Of a DNA stretch of 64,000 nucleotides, positions 29,497 to 38,223 are shown in pieces. The notes under the pieces were generated by a model. That model searched no databases, was not told the origin of the DNA, and saw nothing but the letters and a program-made list of their open reading frames with translations. This stretch comes from an uncultured Actinomycetes bacterium (GTDB lineage Bacteria > Actinomycetota > Thermoleophilia > RBG-16-64-13): the NCBI GenBank assembly GCA_963706025.1, contig CAVPLM010000008.1, positions 149,561 to 213,560 of the forward strand, written 5' to 3'. Position 1 is the first letter of the stretch, and the number at the start of each line of letters is the position of its first letter. Made by a program: the position numbers and the translations under genes.

Positions 29497-29584
29497 TCCG
29501 TCCGTGATTCTCTTCCCGCCATTCTAAGCATCAGGGGCGGACTGTGACCGAAGGGAGATCGCGGGAGGCGCTCGCCTGGAGCCG

Positions 29585-29607
29585 CGCGAACGGCTTGGCC
29601 GTTCGCG
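29585..29607 (-). terminator. Hairpin after glcD
   Basis: Perfect 10-bp stem CGCGAACGGC-TTG-GCCGTTCGCG, 6 nt past the glcD stop. Confidence 0.55.
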
Positions 29608-29613
29608 AGCTCC

Positions 29614-31033
29614 CTAGACGTCGACCGCGGCCGCCGCGGCCGGCGGGGCCGGCGCGCCCGGGCCTGGTAGTACCTTCCCCGGGTTGCAGAGACCCTGCGG
29701 ATCGAAGGCCTCTTTGACGAAGCCCTGGGCCCGCAGATCGTTGTCGTCGAACACCAGATGCATGGCCTCGAGCTTCTCGATGCCGATGCCGTGCTCGCCG
29801 CTCACCGTCCCGCCGAGGTCGGCGCAGACCTGCAGGACCTCCATGCCGGCAGCCATCACCTTCTTCTTGTCTTCCTCGTTACGGCTGTCGAAGAGCAGAA
29901 GCGGATGCAGGTTGCCGTCGCCGGCATGGAAAACGCTCGCCACCTGCAGGTCGTACCGCCGCCCGATCTCAGCGACTCGGCGAAGCGCCTCCGGCAGCTC
30001 GGTCCGGGGCACGGTGCCATCTGCGACCAGGTAGTTCGGGGCGAGGCGGGAGATAGCTCCGAAGGCGCCCTTGCGCCCCTTCCAGAGCGCGGCCCTCTCC
30101 GCCTCGTCCCGGGCCACCCGCACGTCCTGCACGCCGTTGGCCCGGCAGATGGCCACGATCTGCTCGGCCGTCTCCTCCATGCCGTCGCTCAGTCCGTCGA
30201 GCTCGATGAGGAGCACCGCGGCGGCGTCCCGGGGAAAGCCGCAGGCCATAGCGTCCTCGATCGCGTTGATGGTGCTGTTGTCCATCATCTCAAGTGTGGC
30301 AGGGACCAGCCCGGCGGCCACGATGGCCGAGACCACCTGCCCTCCTTCTTCGAGCGAACCGCAGACGGCCAGCAGGGTCTTGACCGCCTCGGGTTTCTTG
30401 AGGATGCGCAGAAACGCAGCCGTGACTACCCCCAGGGTCCCTTCGCTACCCACGAAGACCCCGGTCAGATCGAGGCCGGGAAGGTCAGGACTCTTTCCTC
30501 CCAGCCAGACGACCTCGCCGTCGGAGCAGCACTACTTCGATCCCGAGCACGTGGTTCGACGTCACCCCGTACTTGAAGCAGTGAGGCCCGCCCGCGTTCT
30601 CGGCGATGTTGCCGCCCAGGGAGCAGGCCTTCTGACTGGCGGGATCGGGGGCGTAGTAGTAGCCGAGGGGCGAGAGCGCAGTCGAGATGTCGAGGTTGAA
30701 GATGCCCGGCTGGACCAGCATGCGCTGGTTGGGAAGGTCGGTCTCGAGGATCTTGCTCATGCGGCCCATCTCCAGGACCACCGCGTCTTCGAGAGCGATG
30801 GCTCCCCCGCTGAGATTGGTGCCGCCGCCGCGCGGCACGATCCGGACTCCTTCGCGGGCGAGCAGTTTGACCACCGCGGAGACTTCCGCCGTGGAATGCA
30901 CGAACACCACAGCCAGGGGCAGAGACCGCTCCAGATACGCGTCGTATTCGTAGGTCTGAAGGTCGACCATCCTGTCGAGCACGTTCTCTCGCCCAACGAT
31001 GGCCCGCAGTTCTTTCAGCAACGTTTCAGTCAC
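29614..31033 (-). CDS. glcD: FAD-linked oxidase, glycolate oxidase subunit GlcD-like (split by a +1 frameshift near 30525)
   Basis: PRGGGTNLSGG, APDPASQKACSLGGNIAENAGGPHCFKYGVT, GSEGTLG, HAGDGNLHP, GEHGIG, NPGK. Confidence 0.88.
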
Positions 31034-31147
31034 TACCCCTGCTTCCCGTAACGCCGGCTCGCCTGCCTGCTATCTTAGCGAAGCTTGAACGAGGCTACGA
31101 GTGAAACAGCAGTTGGTCGCTGCTTACAGCCATTGAGGAGGCCAAGG

Positions 31148-32344
31148 ATGCCCGAGGGGCTGAACATCTACGATTATCGCGATCTCGACCCAGCGGTCCG
31201 CGTGCTGATGGGTCCCGGACCGAGCGACGTGCCCCCGCGGGTGCTGCGCGCCATGGCCGCGCCCACCCTGGGGCACCTGGACCCGGACTTCCTCGAGCTG
31301 ATGACGGAGACCCAGACCCTGCTCAGGGCCGTGTTTCAGACCGAGAACACGCTCACCATACCGGTATCGGGCACCGGCAGCGCCGGGATGGAAGCCTGTT
31401 TCGTCAATCTGGTGGAACCTGGGGACCAGGTGGCCGTGGTGGTCAACGGGGTGTTCGGCAGCCGCATGGTCGACTGCGCCGGCCGGCTGGGGGCGGAGGT
31501 CATCCCCGTCGAGGTAGAGTGGGGCCGGGCGGCCCAGCCCGAGGCAGTGGCGGAGGCCTTGAAAGGCAAGCGGCCCAAGATCGTAGCCGTCGTCCACGCC
31601 GAGACCTCCACCGGCGTGTGTCAGCCGCTGCCCGACATCGTGGCGATCGCCAAAGAGCATGGGGCCCTCATGATGTTGGACTGCGTCACCTCCCTGGGTG
31701 GGGTCGAGGTGGCCCTCGACGCCCGGGGGATAGACCTGGCTTTCAGCGGCACGCAGAAGTGCCTGTCCTGCCCCCCCGGACTGGCTCCACTTTCGTTCAA
31801 CGACAAAGCGGTGGCGACGATGTTGGCGCGCAAGAACAAGGTGCCCTCCTGGTACCTCGATCTGACCATGGTGGGCGATTACTGGGGAGCACAACGGAAG
31901 TACCATCACACGGCGCCTGTCAACATGATCTACGCGTTGCGTGAGGCCCTGCGGATCATCCTGGAGGAAGGTCTGGAGGCGCGTTTCGCCCGGCATCGTC
32001 TCAATCACGAAGCTCTGGTCGCGGGCATCGAGGGCATGGGGCTCGAGATGCTGGTGCCCCCCGCGGAACGTCTGGCCTCTCTCAACTCCGTCTGTATCCC
32101 CGAGGGAGCCGACGACCTCGGCACCCGCCGGGCGCTCCTCGGGCAGTTCGGATTGGAGATCGGCGCGGGACTAGGTCCTCTGGCGGGGAAGGTCTGGCGC
32201 GTGGGACTGCAGGGTCACTCGGCGACCGAGCGCAACGTGCGGCTCTTCCTCACGGCTCTCGAGTCGGTCCTGAAGACTCAGGGGGTTGCCGTGAAACCTG
32301 GCGGTCCCGAGGCGGCCGAAGCGGTGTACGCGCGCTCGCGCTGA
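31148..32344 (+). CDS. Alanine-glyoxylate / serine-pyruvate aminotransferase (class V)
   Basis: LMGPGPS, GTGSAGME, HAETSTG, DCVTSLGG, SGTQKCL (PLP Lys), YHHTAP. Confidence 0.92.
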   Translation: MPEGLNIYDYRDLDPAVRVLMGPGPSDVPPRVLRAMAAPTLGHLDPDFLELMTETQTLLRAVFQTENTLTIPVSGTGSAGMEACFVNLVEPGDQVAVVVNGVFGSRMVDCAGRLGAEVIPVEVEWGRAAQPEAVAEALKGKRPKIVAVVHAETSTGVCQPLPDIVAIAKEHGALMMLDCVTSLGGVEVALDARGIDLAFSGTQKCLSCPPGLAPLSFNDKAVATMLARKNKVPSWYLDLTMVGDYWGAQRKYHHTAPVNMIYALREALRIILEEGLEARFARHRLNHEALVAGIEGMGLEMLVPPAERLASLNSVCIPEGADDLGTRRALLGQFGLEIGAGLGPLAGKVWRVGLQGHSATERNVRLFLTALESVLKTQGVAVKPGGPEAAEAVYARSR

Positions 32345-32573
32345 AGGGGAGCCCGGTGGCCGCGGCAGCGCGGCCGAGGCGCCGGCCTCCGCGCCAAGGG
32401 CGGAGCTCCGCGGCGGCCGGGAGGCTTCTCCCCACATCTTGAGTATAGACCGATGGACGGGCTTCACGTGGGCGGGTGTTTTGAGGAGTCACAGGGCTAC
32501 GTAGATGGGCTGAAGTGACGGAGCAGCGGCCTGGGCCCCATCACGAACCGCTTCGGAAAGGAGTCTCTCCCCC

Positions 32574-33011
32574 ATGGCTACTCGAGCAATGATCGACGAG
32601 TTCCTCAGCCACCGCGAGCTAGCACTTGTGCGTTCTTCCCCAGCAACCCGCGTCCAAGGGGTAAAGATCGATGAGGAACTAGGCAAAAAGGGCTACAAGG
32701 TCTCCGTCGTCTATGTGGACGAGTCGGTGTCCGAGCCAAGATTGAGCACGCTGAAAGACCCCGTCGAAGGCGTGATAGTCGCTACCCCCTCCAAGCAGAG
32801 CGAGAAGGCGGTCCAGGAAGCCATCGAAGCGAAGATCCCTCGCGTGTGGCTGCAAAGTGGGTGCAAATCGAAGGCGGCTATCGAACTAAGCGAGCGAGAA
32901 GGTACTTCCGTCGTTCACGGGGCGTGCGTTCTCATGTATGCAGAGCCCGTGCAGTCCTTCCACGCCTTTCATCGCTGGCTCTGGAAAACGTTCGGCAAGC
33001 TGGCAAAGTAG
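32574..33011 (+). CDS. CoA-binding domain protein (YccU-like)
   Basis: VEGVIVA...IPRVWLQSG...GACVLMY...FHRWL. Confidence 0.8.
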   Translation: MATRAMIDEFLSHRELALVRSSPATRVQGVKIDEELGKKGYKVSVVYVDESVSEPRLSTLKDPVEGVIVATPSKQSEKAVQEAIEAKIPRVWLQSGCKSKAAIELSEREGTSVVHGACVLMYAEPVQSFHAFHRWLWKTFGKLAK

Positions 33012-33031
33012 ATGTTGGCGAGCTTGCCGAT

Positions 33032-33057
33032 GTTTACCGGTCCCGCGGTCCGGGGAT
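33032..33057 (+). promoter_or_regulatory. sigmaB/sigmaF-type promoter of the CYTH-ppx-CYTH operon
   Basis: GTTT-N16-GGGGAT in the intergenic region. Confidence 0.45.
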
Positions 33058-33196
33058 TTGGCAGGGGCTGCCAATGCGCTGCTCACTCAGGAGATGTGGT
33101 CGGCTACGCTCTTGGATGGGGCCAAAGCGGATTCTGCTAGTCTGGTGCTGAGCACGCCCTCCGAAGGGTTGACGATTCGAGGCAGGAGGATGAACT

Positions 33197-33784
33197 GTGG
33201 AAGGCATCGTGCCACGCTGGGAATGGCGCACCTGGGGGACCGACTTCGGGGAGGCTGACGCCCGGTTCGCCGCGCTGAAGCCCGAGATGGTCCAGGAGAG
33301 CGACGAGATCTACCTGGTCTCCTCGGTCACGGACAGAGCCGTGAAGATCCGCATGGGCCTGATGGACATCAAGTCCCTGGAACAGGTGAACGAGGCAGGC
33401 CTCGAGCAGTGGCGGCCCGTACTGAAGGCGAAACTGCCGCTTTCCCGGGAGGACGCCGAAGGCGTTCTTGCCGCGCTGGGAGCGTCCCTGCCGGCCCCGG
33501 GCAAGGATGACTACACGCTCGACGAGCTCCTGCTGGAACTTGCCGCCGGGAAGATGGACGTGCGCGCGGTCCCGCTTCACAAGGAGAGAGTTCACTATAC
33601 CGTCGGTGGGTGCATGGCGGAGATGACCGAAGTGCTGGTCGTGGGCGAGCGGGCGCGCACCATCGCCATCGAGTCGACTGATGCCGACCGCGTGATCGCG
33701 GCGGTGCGCGATCTCGGTCTGTCCGGCCACCCGAACACGAGCTATCCGCGGTGGCTCAAGACCGCTATGGGCATCGGGACCTGA
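33197..33784 (+). CDS. CYTH-like (triphosphate tunnel) protein
   Basis: N-terminal RWEWR (ExExK/R variant), ESDEIY, VKIR..MDIK, HKERVHY, TIAIES. RBS AGGAGG. Confidence 0.65.
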   Translation: MEGIVPRWEWRTWGTDFGEADARFAALKPEMVQESDEIYLVSSVTDRAVKIRMGLMDIKSLEQVNEAGLEQWRPVLKAKLPLSREDAEGVLAALGASLPAPGKDDYTLDELLLELAAGKMDVRAVPLHKERVHYTVGGCMAEMTEVLVVGERARTIAIESTDADRVIAAVRDLGLSGHPNTSYPRWLKTAMGIGT

Positions 33785-33792
33785 TCCAGCGC

Positions 33793-34737
33793 ATGCCGGT
33801 CTACGCGGTCATAGATGTCGGGACCAATTCGGTCAAGTTCCACGTGGGGGAACGCCTTGGGGAGGGGCGATGGCGCACGATCGTCGACCGGTCGGCAGTG
33901 ACGCGCCTCGGTGAGGGCCTTCGCGAGGGCGGCGAACTTGCACCGGCCGCGGTCGAGAGGACCGTCGAGGCCATCGCCGAGATGGCGGAGGAAGCGAAGG
34001 GGCACCACGCGTCTGCCACCGTCGCGGTTGGGACCATGGGCCTGCGGATCGCGCGGGATTCCCAGGCTTTCATCGCCGGCCTACGGGAACGGTGCGGCGT
34101 CCACCTGGAGGTCATTCCCGGCGAGGAAGAGGCGCGGCTCGCTTACATCGCCGTGGTGTCCGGGCTGGGTCTGGCCGCCGGCAGCCTCGTGATCTTCGAC
34201 ACAGGCGGCGGCAGCACGCAGTTCACGATCGGCCGAGGTGGGCTGGTCGACGACCGGTTCAGTCTCAACCTGGGCGCGGTCCGTCTCACCGAGCAGTTCG
34301 GGCTCGATGGCCCGGTGACCCGAGAGGATCTGGAGAAGGCGCTGGACGCCATCTCCGGCGAACTCGGACGGCTGGACCACATTCCCCGCCCCGACACGCT
34401 CGTCGGCATGGGTGGAGCCGTCACGAACATGACCGCGGTGATGCGCGGCCTTGCGGTCTATGATCCCGAAGTGGTACAAGGCTCCGTACTCAGCCGCGAT
34501 GAGGTCGATCGTCAGATCGAGCTCTACCGGTCCCAGGACAGCGAGGCCCGCCGCCGGATCGTCGGCCTGCAACCGCGCCGCGCCGAGGTGATCCTCGCCG
34601 GCGCGTGCGTAGTTCGGACTGTCATGGACAAGCTCGGTCGGGACACCCTCTCCGTGAGCGACCGCGGGCTCCGCCACGGTCTACTGATCGACCGCTTTGG
34701 GCAAGCGGGCTCCCTAGCACATCAGAAGCGCGAGTAG
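33793..34737 (+). CDS. ppx: Ppx/GppA exopolyphosphatase (short form, no HD domain)
   Basis: AVIDVGTNSVK, TRLGEG, GEEEARL, DTGGGST, LGAVRL, GLRHGLL. Confidence 0.9.
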   Translation: MPVYAVIDVGTNSVKFHVGERLGEGRWRTIVDRSAVTRLGEGLREGGELAPAAVERTVEAIAEMAEEAKGHHASATVAVGTMGLRIARDSQAFIAGLRERCGVHLEVIPGEEEARLAYIAVVSGLGLAAGSLVIFDTGGGSTQFTIGRGGLVDDRFSLNLGAVRLTEQFGLDGPVTREDLEKALDAISGELGRLDHIPRPDTLVGMGGAVTNMTAVMRGLAVYDPEVVQGSVLSRDEVDRQIELYRSQDSEARRRIVGLQPRRAEVILAGACVVRTVMDKLGRDTLSVSDRGLRHGLLIDRFGQAGSLAHQKRE

Positions 34738-34751
34738 GAGGAACACACGTC

Positions 34752-35669
34752 ATGGCAAAGAAGACCGTCAATTCGAAGAAACCGGTCAAGTCGCCGAAAG
34801 CCGGCCCTGCGCCGAAGCCCGAGCTCGCGGAGCCGGTCTCACAGGCGCCGCCCGCAGCCGCGCCGGGGACAGGACGCGGCAAGCCGGGAGCCAGGCTGAC
34901 GCCCGAGCAACTCGCCGCCGTGCTCGAGCTCCTGCCGGCGTCGGACAGCGTCGAGCTGAAGGTGACGATCCCCGAAGAGGCCCATCGTTCGACGATAGCC
35001 GCGCTGGACATGGACCCCCTGTATGCACAGATCAGGCAGGTCTTCTTCTACGATACCCCCGAGCTCGCGCTCGACGGGGCAGGGGTGGTCGTGCGGTCTC
35101 GCCGGATCCAGGGGAAGGGAGGAGACTCGGTGGTGAAGCTGCGGCCGGTCGTGCCGCAGGAGCTCTCCTCCGACCTTCGCCATTCGCCTGCGTTCGTCGT
35201 CGAGGTGGATGCCATGCCAGGTGGGTTCGTCTGCTCGGGAACCCTCAAGAACCGCGTGGATGCCGACGACGTGAGACGGGTCGCTGCCGGCCGGCTCCCA
35301 TTGCGCAAGCTTTTCACAAAACAGCAGCGCGCCCTCGTCGCCGAGCACGCACCCGAGGGCGTCGAGCTGGACGCGCTGTCGCTGCTGGGGCCGATCTTCG
35401 TCCTCAAGCTGCCCTTCACCCCCACAGATCTCAAGCGCCGACTCGTCGCGGAGATGTGGCTTTACCCGGACGGCAGCCGGATACTCGAACTCTCGACCAA
35501 ATGCCTTCCGTCTGAAATCATCCCGGTTCTCGCCGAGACGCGACGCTTCCTGGACGACCGAGGGATCGACCGCAGCGGCGACCAGCAGGCGAAGACCAAG
35601 CGCGCGCTGACCTTCTTCGCGAAGGAGCTCAAAGCGACTCAGAGCGCCCAGGCCGATCCCACGCCTTAA
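34752..35669 (+). CDS. CYTH-domain protein (usually annotated adenylate cyclase) with Lys/Pro-rich N-terminus
   Basis: VELKV, RQVFFYDTPELAL, VVRSRR, VVKLRP, ILELSTK. Confidence 0.8.
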   Translation: MAKKTVNSKKPVKSPKAGPAPKPELAEPVSQAPPAAAPGTGRGKPGARLTPEQLAAVLELLPASDSVELKVTIPEEAHRSTIAALDMDPLYAQIRQVFFYDTPELALDGAGVVVRSRRIQGKGGDSVVKLRPVVPQELSSDLRHSPAFVVEVDAMPGGFVCSGTLKNRVDADDVRRVAAGRLPLRKLFTKQQRALVAEHAPEGVELDALSLLGPIFVLKLPFTPTDLKRRLVAEMWLYPDGSRILELSTKCLPSEIIPVLAETRRFLDDRGIDRSGDQQAKTKRALTFFAKELKATQSAQADPTP

Positions 35670-35774
35670 GAACTCGTTTCAGAATGAAGTCTTGGCCGCC
35701 TCGTCCGCGCTGGCCGGAGCGATCTATCGTCCTCAGCCGTCCCGGGCCCACCGCGGGCGGGGGTCGACGACCAG

Positions 35775-36611
35775 CTAGGCGCTCTCCTGCGCCGCCGCTT
35801 GATAGAGGCGCCTGATCTCCTGGATGTCCACCGAAGGCGGGGGGAACTGCATAGCCAACGATTCGAGCGTCCTCACGAGGACGCGCGATATGGCCAGGTT
35901 GCGGAACCACTTGTGGTTCGCGGGGATGACGTACCACGGAGCGTATTCGGTGCTACACCTGGAGATGGCGTCCTCATACGCCTTCTGGTACTCGTCCCAG
36001 AGCTCCCGCTCCGTGTAATCGGATTCGGCGATCTTCCAGTGCTTCGTGGAATCCTCGAGGCGGTCTTTGAACCGCCTGAGTTGCTCTTTCTTGTCGACAT
36101 GCAGGAAGAACTTGACTATGTGTGTGCCGTTGTCTGACAGATGTTTTTCGAAAGCATTGATCTCGTCGTAGCGCTTGGACCAGACTCCCCTTGGCACGAG
36201 ACCATGCACACGGACCACGAGCACGTCCTCATAGTGCGAGCGGTTGAAGACTACGACCCGTCCCTTGGCGGGCGTGACCTTATGGACCCGCCACAGGTAA
36301 TCGTGAGCCATCTCCTCGGCCGACGGGACCTTGAAAGGTTGGACTGTGACTCCCTGCGGGTTCATGGAGGAGATCACGTGGTTGACCGTTCCGTCCTTGC
36401 CTCCTGCATCCATCGCCTGCAGCACGATCAACAGCGACCGCCTGCACTCCGCATACATGAGTTCCTGAAGCTCGGCCAGCCGCACGCAGAGGCTCTCCAC
36501 TTCTTCCTGCGCGCTGGCTTTGTCCTTGTCGTCGGCGGTGGAGGAAGCGTCCATCTGGCTCAGCTTCACCTCGCTCCCCGGCTTCACTCGAAACATGTCG
36601 GGGTATTTCAC
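35775..36611 (-). CDS. ppk2: Polyphosphate kinase 2 family (class III-like)
   Basis: QAMDAGGKDG, FKVPS, HDYLWR, FNRSHYEDV (Glu characteristic of class III), APWYVIPANHKWFR. Confidence 0.93.
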   Translation of the reverse strand: MKYPDMFRVKPGSEVKLSQMDASSTADDKDKASAQEEVESLCVRLAELQELMYAECRRSLLIVLQAMDAGGKDGTVNHVISSMNPQGVTVQPFKVPSAEEMAHDYLWRVHKVTPAKGRVVVFNRSHYEDVLVVRVHGLVPRGVWSKRYDEINAFEKHLSDNGTHIVKFFLHVDKKEQLRRFKDRLEDSTKHWKIAESDYTERELWDEYQKAYEDAISRCSTEYAPWYVIPANHKWFRNLAISRVLVRTLESLAMQFPPPSVDIQEIRRLYQAAAQESA

Positions 36612-36657
36612 GGATGGTCCTTTCCCAGTCGGTCAGTGGACTTCGCCGCGCGCGGAA

Positions 36658-36957
36658 CTAGTCGTCTTCCCGGGTCTCGACCTCCGGGGAGGACGGCGCG
36701 TCAGCAGCGATCTCAGCGGCGGGGGCGGACTCGGTCGCGATAGGATCGCCCGACTCGGTGACCACCTCGGCGGCGCGGGAGGGAGCGTCAGGGGCGTCCC
36801 CCGCCGACTCTCCGGTCTGGTCCGCCGTCTTGGCTTTCTTCGCCGTCTTCGCTTCCTTGGCTGCCTCCTCCAGCTTGGCCAGGCGTCCGTCCAACTTCTT
36901 GACCTTCTTCTCGAGCTTCTCAACGCGCTTCTCGACATCCTTGCACTTGGTGCCCAT
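36658..36957 (-). CDS. Hypothetical coiled-coil protein with acidic tail (99 aa)
   Basis: RBS AAAGGAG; heptad VEKRVEKLEKKVKKLDGRLAKLEE. Confidence 0.65.
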   Translation of the reverse strand: MGTKCKDVEKRVEKLEKKVKKLDGRLAKLEEAAKEAKTAKKAKTADQTGESAGDAPDAPSRAAEVVTESGDPIATESAPAAEIAADAPSSPEVETREDD

Positions 36958-37051
36958 GCGATCTCCTTTGTTCATGTCCGGCACGTAGCTTGACCAACTG
37001 TAACGCTTTTCCGTCTGACTGAGCGCCCGTTGGGGGCAGCGCCGGTGTCGG

Positions 37052-37528
37052 TCAGCCGACTCCCTTGTACATCGCCACACCCATCGAGCCCAGCAGGAGC
37101 GTCGTTGTCGCCACCGTTACCAGCCATAGCCCACGATTCAGCCGGAACATCGGAAGGCCCATCAGCAGGATCGCGCCAAAGAAGAGTACGAGATAGGGCA
37201 CCAGGATGCCGTAGCGCGGCGGGGATCGGAACTCGATCGGCGACACGTCTTCGACGACGATCATCAGCACCACGAACACAAGGTAGACGGCGGGGCCGAT
37301 CCACTGCAGCCAACCTGCTCGAGCCCGGCCGAATCCGACGATGGCAGCGGCTGCGGGCACAGCCAGCGCGATCATGACGTAGCCGAGCATATGGTTGACC
37401 GACCTGCCGCCGGTAAGGACCCTCGAAAGGAACCCCGCGGACTGGAGCAGGTTGACGGAGTTGACCACGGCCCACACGGTGACAGCCGCCCACCAAGGGC
37501 CTTGGCTCATCTGAGGCTGCGTGCCCAT
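37052..37528 (-). CDS. Hypothetical membrane protein
   Basis: RBS GGAGG and about five hydrophobic segments. Confidence 0.7.
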   Translation of the reverse strand: MGTQPQMSQGPWWAAVTVWAVVNSVNLLQSAGFLSRVLTGGRSVNHMLGYVMIALAVPAAAAIVGFGRARAGWLQWIGPAVYLVFVVLMIVVEDVSPIEFRSPPRYGILVPYLVLFFGAILLMGLPMFRLNRGLWLVTVATTTLLLGSMGVAMYKGVG

Positions 37529-37692
37529 GTCGCGCCTCCTCTGGATTCCCGTCGCGCCGCCGATTCCGTGCCCGAATCATGATACTCGTCCCTCCCGGCA
37601 GCCCCGAGGCTGATAATCTCTTCGTGCGCAGCACCTCCGGAGTTCACGTGCCGGATCGCGGACGTCCGGGGCGGAATCACGTTTAGGACCGC

Positions 37693-38169
37693 GTGAGCAC
37701 TTTGGACCCTCGCAAGCTTCACGTCACCTTCGCGCCCGGGGTATCTCCCCAGGGTCCCGTCCTCGCTCGCGCGTACACCCTCACCCATTCGGACTCGACG
37801 GGAGAGCTGTTCCTCACGGTGGGTCCCAGCTACGATCGTCGCCAGATCTCCGGCTGGTACACCCGCCTCATGCGCGACGAGGTGCTGGCGGAGTGGCGGA
37901 TGGAGAACACGGCAAGGCTGGATGTCCACTGCCACGTGAGCGGCGGCCTGGTGGTCGGCTCGGCACGATGGAGGTACGACATCTTCCGCGGCCACCTGCC
38001 CATGGTCATCGAGGCGTTCCGGTACGGCGACCGTGAGTTCTTCCTCACACACCCGGATCTCGACGAGGCGACAGTCTGGGTGCACTTCCACTCGACCCGC
38101 GCGCGTTATGAGGTCTCGGAGGCTTGGGGCCGGCTCCGCGACTACCGCGGGGCGGCTTCGCCGACGTAG
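37693..38169 (+). CDS. Stay-Green (SGR) family protein, Mg-dechelatase homologue
   Basis: KLHVTF, RAYTLTHSDSTGELFLTVG, GWYTRLMRDEVLAEW, VHCHVSGG, RYDIF, RYGD, WVHFHS...WG. Confidence 0.92.
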   Translation: MSTLDPRKLHVTFAPGVSPQGPVLARAYTLTHSDSTGELFLTVGPSYDRRQISGWYTRLMRDEVLAEWRMENTARLDVHCHVSGGLVVGSARWRYDIFRGHLPMVIEAFRYGDREFFLTHPDLDEATVWVHFHSTRARYEVSEAWGRLRDYRGAASPT

Positions 38170-38223
38170 CCGCCCACGCCCCCGCCCGGCCACCGTGTAG
38201 TCCGGCCGGCCACCCCGCGTCGG

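Noticed and set aside
34752-35669. Bona fide class IV adenylate cyclase
   Set aside because: The CYTH fold alone does not imply cyclase activity, and the ppx/ppk2 context points to polyphosphate metabolism.
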